Positions 60,808 through 64,000 of a DNA stretch of 64,000 nt are shown one piece after another (the stretch's first letter is position 1; each line of letters starts with the position of its first letter). Where the stretch lies: contig CAXTYC010000009.1 in NCBI GenBank assembly GCA_964248365.1, forward strand, positions 32,001-96,000, in the 5' to 3' direction. The DNA is from an uncultured Chroococcidiopsis sp. (GTDB taxonomy: Bacteria; Cyanobacteriota; Cyanobacteriia; Cyanobacteriales; Chroococcidiopsidaceae). A program made the position numbers and the translations under genes. The notes under the pieces are model-generated. The model did not search any database. It worked only from the letters and a program-made list of their open reading frames with translations, and was not told the origin of the DNA.

Positions 60808-61094
60808 AGCGAACTGTGTGTACGTGTAAAAGCAGTAACAGGAGATCTCGAAGGTGTCATCGGGCGTGGTCAGTCGAAATTATAGCGAACTCCAACGCAC
60901 AGATCCCAGTTACGAGGCTGCCTAACTATTTATTACACAGAATCTTTGCGTATAACTAGCTCATTTAAAGTGGATATACGGAGTTTAAGATAACATCCAT
61001 ATCCATGCATTAGCCAAAATTTTTCGAGCATAACATCTGTATTAGAGCATTATATAGAAAATTTATAGATAAAATTTTCTAAGAACAATGCCCG

Positions 61095-61122
61095 AAAAAG
61101 CTCCTGTTCGACAGGAGCAAAA
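61095..61122 (-). terminator. Intrinsic terminator of aroA
   Basis: Minus strand GCTCCTGT-cga-ACAGGAGC followed by TTTTT. Confidence 0.75.
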
Positions 61123-61179
61123 CGTAATAAATTTAGACACAAAACGTTTTAACGCTCAAGGTAGGCAGATTTTTCAAAT

Positions 61180-62526
61180 TTATGCGCAGATTTGTTGTAA
61201 AGTGGGAATGAAATCTGGATAAGAAATAGTAGCAGCTTCGGCGCGATGTATGGTTGTGGTTCCAGTAGCATTGCAAGCAGCGATCGCAAAACTCATAGCA
61301 ATCCGATGATCGGTATGACTATCCACATCAGTGCCAGTTAGCCCCGTACCACCAGTAATTTCCATACCATCAGGTAATTCTGTTATTTTAGCCCCCATTT
61401 TGTTTAACTGAGTTGCCATTACTGTAATGCGATCGCTTTCTTTTACCCGCAATTCTTCGGCATCTCTAATTACTGTTGTTCCCCCAGCAAATACAGCCGC
61501 TACTGCTAAAATCGGAATTTCATCAATTAACCGAGGAATCAAATCACCCGCAATAGTGCAACCATTCAGAGAACTAGAACGCACCCGCAAGTCGGCTACT
61601 GGTTCCCCTGCTACAGTTCGTTCATTCTCTAACTCGATATTTGCTCCCATCATCGCCAAAGCTTCTAAAATGCCTGTACGAGTGGGATTAACGCCGACAT
61701 TTTCAATTAGTAAATTAGATCCAGGTACAATTGCTCCAGCTACTAACCAAAAGGCAGCAGAACTGATATCACCTGGCACAATTACTTTTTGTCCGTGCAA
61801 TTGAACCCCACCACTAACAGTTACACTATTAGTATCAGGATCGACGCTTAGATCAGCACCAAATGCTTTGAGCATCCTTTCGCTATGATCGCGGGACTTG
61901 GCTGGTTCGGTCACAATAGTTTTTCCTTCTGTCATCAATCCCGCCAGCAGAATACAGGACTTGACTTGTGCTGAAGCGATGGGAGATTGATAATGAATTG
62001 GTTTGAGGGATTGTCCTTGAATAGCTAGAGGTGCTAAAGAATTGCCTTTGCGTCCCCAAATTTGCGCGCCCATTTGTTGCAGAGGTTTAACTACGCGGGA
62101 CATAGGACGCGATCGCAACGAATTATCGCCCGTTACGGTAAAATATCGCCCCGCATGGGATGCCAAAAGTCCCATCATTAGCCGGATAGTAGTACCAGAG
62201 TTCCCAGCATCTAATACATCAACTGGCTCTTGTAGTTGACCCAAGCCGATACCTTTAATCTGCACTAGCTCTGTATTTAGACTAGAAATTTCTGCACCCA
62301 TCGCCCGAAAACAGCTAGCAGTGCTACGCGGATCTTCTCCTAACAGCAAACCTTCGATTTGAGTTTCACCCTGGGCGATCGCACCTAACATCAAAGCCCG
62401 ATGGGAAATAGATTTATCCCCAGGAACTCGGATGCGACCTTGTAAACTTACTCCAGACGAGGGTCTATTAATAATCAAATTTTGCTGTTTTTCGGTAGTT
62501 TCTACTGCTACAGGGTTCGCCAACAT
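61180..62526 (-). CDS. aroA: 3-phosphoshikimate 1-carboxyvinyltransferase (EPSP synthase)
   Basis: [41 protein letters not shown]. Confidence 0.97.
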   Translation of the reverse strand: MLANPVAVETTEKQQNLIINRPSSGVSLQGRIRVPGDKSISHRALMLGAIAQGETQIEGLLLGEDPRSTASCFRAMGAEISSLNTELVQIKGIGLGQLQEPVDVLDAGNSGTTIRLMMGLLASHAGRYFTVTGDNSLRSRPMSRVVKPLQQMGAQIWGRKGNSLAPLAIQGQSLKPIHYQSPIASAQVKSCILLAGLMTEGKTIVTEPAKSRDHSERMLKAFGADLSVDPDTNSVTVSGGVQLHGQKVIVPGDISSAAFWLVAGAIVPGSNLLIENVGVNPTRTGILEALAMMGANIELENERTVAGEPVADLRVRSSSLNGCTIAGDLIPRLIDEIPILAVAAVFAGGTTVIRDAEELRVKESDRITVMATQLNKMGAKITELPDGMEITGGTGLTGTDVDSHTDHRIAMSFAIAACNATGTTTIHRAEAATISYPDFIPTLQQICA

Positions 62527-62969
62527 GGGGATAAACTAACGTGTAAGGAGAGCGCTTTTATCCTAGCCTTTCCTTGACTAATACTCATAGGAAATTCTTT
62601 ATATAAATTCCCAATTCGTAACTATCGTGTTCTCCCCTGCCTCCCCTCGCGCGAAAGATAGCTCTAGTTAGTCGCCCCTTACCGCAACAATTGCGAGTCG
62701 AATACGAATTGTGGTCAGAAGTGCAACTGGGAAATTATATTTTCAACCTAGAATTTTATTCTTAGTGTATTCAATTATAATAACACGCGATCCCAAAGCT
62801 ATTTTGAGTAAACACGACATTTGTCAGCTTTATAGCTAAAATATGCTAGTTTAACCCTGCTTCTGCTCTAATAAGTATGCCCCCCCATAGGATTGAAATT
62901 TTTATACAAGATAGGTTTTATTAAAGGGTTACACCTTTTGACATCGGCTGCAAAGAAAAGCTGTTAATT

Positions 62970-63719
62970 ATGGCTACAGTCCCTCCTAGTTTTTCCTCAA
63001 GCTGGCTGCACTGGCTGATACAGCCGCAGTTAGCGATGCACATTCCAGATGGCTTTTTGAATTTACCTGTTATTGCCGTAACTTGGATTATTGCGCTCGG
63101 TTTAATTGCACTAGCTCTGAATAAAGTGCAGGCAGAATATCAGGAAAAGGCTGTACCCTTGATGGGAGTTTGTGCCGCGTTTATCTTTGCCGCACAGATG
63201 ATTAATTTTCCTATTCCAGGCGGCACTTCTGGTCATTTGCTGGGAGGAACTCTAGCCGCAGCTTTATTAGGACCTTGGGCAGGTTCGCTAGTAATGGCTG
63301 TAGTGTTTATCGTCCAAGGTGTCCTGTTTCAAGATGGCGGTTTAACCGTCTTGGGAGCCAACATCTTTAACATGGGATTGATTGGCACGTTTGGCGGTTA
63401 TTACCTCTACAGAGCGATTCGCTTTGCCATCGGACGCGATAAACAGCAAGGCATGGCGATCGCAGCTGCTGTTGCTGCTTGGACAAGCGTAGTGGTTGCC
63501 TCAATTGTCTGTGCCATAGAACTTGCGTTATCTGGAACAGTCCCCTTGGCTGTAGCATTGACTGCTATGACAAGTTGGCACTTTTTGATCGGCATTGGGG
63601 AGGCACTGATTACAGTCGTAGCACTCACTTTTATTTGGCGGACTCGTCCAGATCTGTTTTACGATCCGCCTCGCCGAGCAGTAATGTCTAAAAGTCGTCC
63701 ACTTTCCAACTCTCGATAA
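62970..63719 (+). CDS. cbiM: ECF-type cobalt/nickel transporter substrate component CbiM (alternative start 63036)
   Basis: MHIPDG, GTSGHLLGG, DGGLTVLGAN. Confidence 0.92.
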   Translation: MATVPPSFSSSWLHWLIQPQLAMHIPDGFLNLPVIAVTWIIALGLIALALNKVQAEYQEKAVPLMGVCAAFIFAAQMINFPIPGGTSGHLLGGTLAAALLGPWAGSLVMAVVFIVQGVLFQDGGLTVLGANIFNMGLIGTFGGYYLYRAIRFAIGRDKQQGMAIAAAVAAWTSVVVASIVCAIELALSGTVPLAVALTAMTSWHFLIGIGEALITVVALTFIWRTRPDLFYDPPRRAVMSKSRPLSNSR

Positions 63720-63728
63720 TAAAGGCTC

Positions 63729-64000
63729 ATGAGTAGTAATCTAACGCGATCGCGTAACCGTGCTGTTGTGATTGCAGGTCTAGGTACTGCCCTGCTAATT
63801 GCGATTTTCCTTTCTCCCTTTGCTAGCAAAAATCCTGACGGCTTAGATCGAGTTTCACAAGATCTCAAATTTGAACATAAAGCCGCTGAAGATGCACCCG
63901 CCCGCAAGTTACCTTTCTACGCTGTATTTGATGAATATGCCCTAAGAGGTGTACCAGAAGCAGTAGCTACTCCCATAGCTGGTCTTGTGGGAACGTTAGC
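63729..64000 (+). CDS. PDGLE-domain protein of the Co/Ni ECF transporter (partial)
   Basis: Own translation MSSNLTRSRNRAVVIAGLGTALLIAIFLSPFASKNPDGLDRV... Confidence 0.88.
   Translation, partial: MSSNLTRSRNRAVVIAGLGTALLIAIFLSPFASKNPDGLDRVSQDLKFEHKAAEDAPARKLPFYAVFDEYALRGVPEAVATPIAGLVGTL

Larger units (their letters stand above)
1..64000. repeat. Dispersed HIP1 octamers and STRR-type short tandem repeats
   Basis: GCGATCGC recurs throughout; arrays of AATTGGT, AAAGGGT/TTTACCC, GGGGCTA, AATTACG, CAGTTAC/CAGTTAT, GGGGACAA in most intergenic regions. Confidence 0.95.

Noticed and set aside
62600..62969. Cobalamin riboswitch upstream of cbiM
   Set aside because: Only an ACTGGGAA fragment; the other conserved B12-element blocks are not recognisable

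Overview
Cyanobacterial chromosomal DNA, recognised by dense HIP1 octamers (GCGATCGC), 7-9 bp short tandem repeats (STRR-type), ycf3, a cikA-like kinase and cobN. The backbone is housekeeping: pstCA, bioY, lspA, FHA-PBP1A, apt, ABC permeases, tolC, rbfA, dam, nanE, cobN, ycf3, gatC, aroA, cbiM. Accessory parts: (i) a DUF6888/DUF6887-like two-gene module whose first gene appears to start at ATT; (ii) an HTH-NACHT protein; (iii) an IS607-type TnpB with no TnpA but a divergent ribbon-helix-helix gene, whose right end abuts the ATG of a GNAT gene; (iv) a DUF488-DUF488-dual-OB trio whose third gene has two in-frame stops; (v) a ~13 kb co-directional glycosyltransferase/heptose-pathway cluster (four GT9, three GT4 of which one is fused to GmhA, GT2, GmhB, SDR) with an internal CdaR-type regulator and a candidate operator, but no HldE in the window; (vi) decayed toxin-antitoxin and membrane-protein genes, an SPFH lipoprotein and a GC-richer GNAT. 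Intergenic repeat DNA (STRR composites, REP-like and MITE-like elements) is repeatedly translated in frame inside intact proteins, most clearly CobN. No rRNA, tRNA or CRISPR array was seen. Family assignments come from motif recognition by eye, not from database searches.
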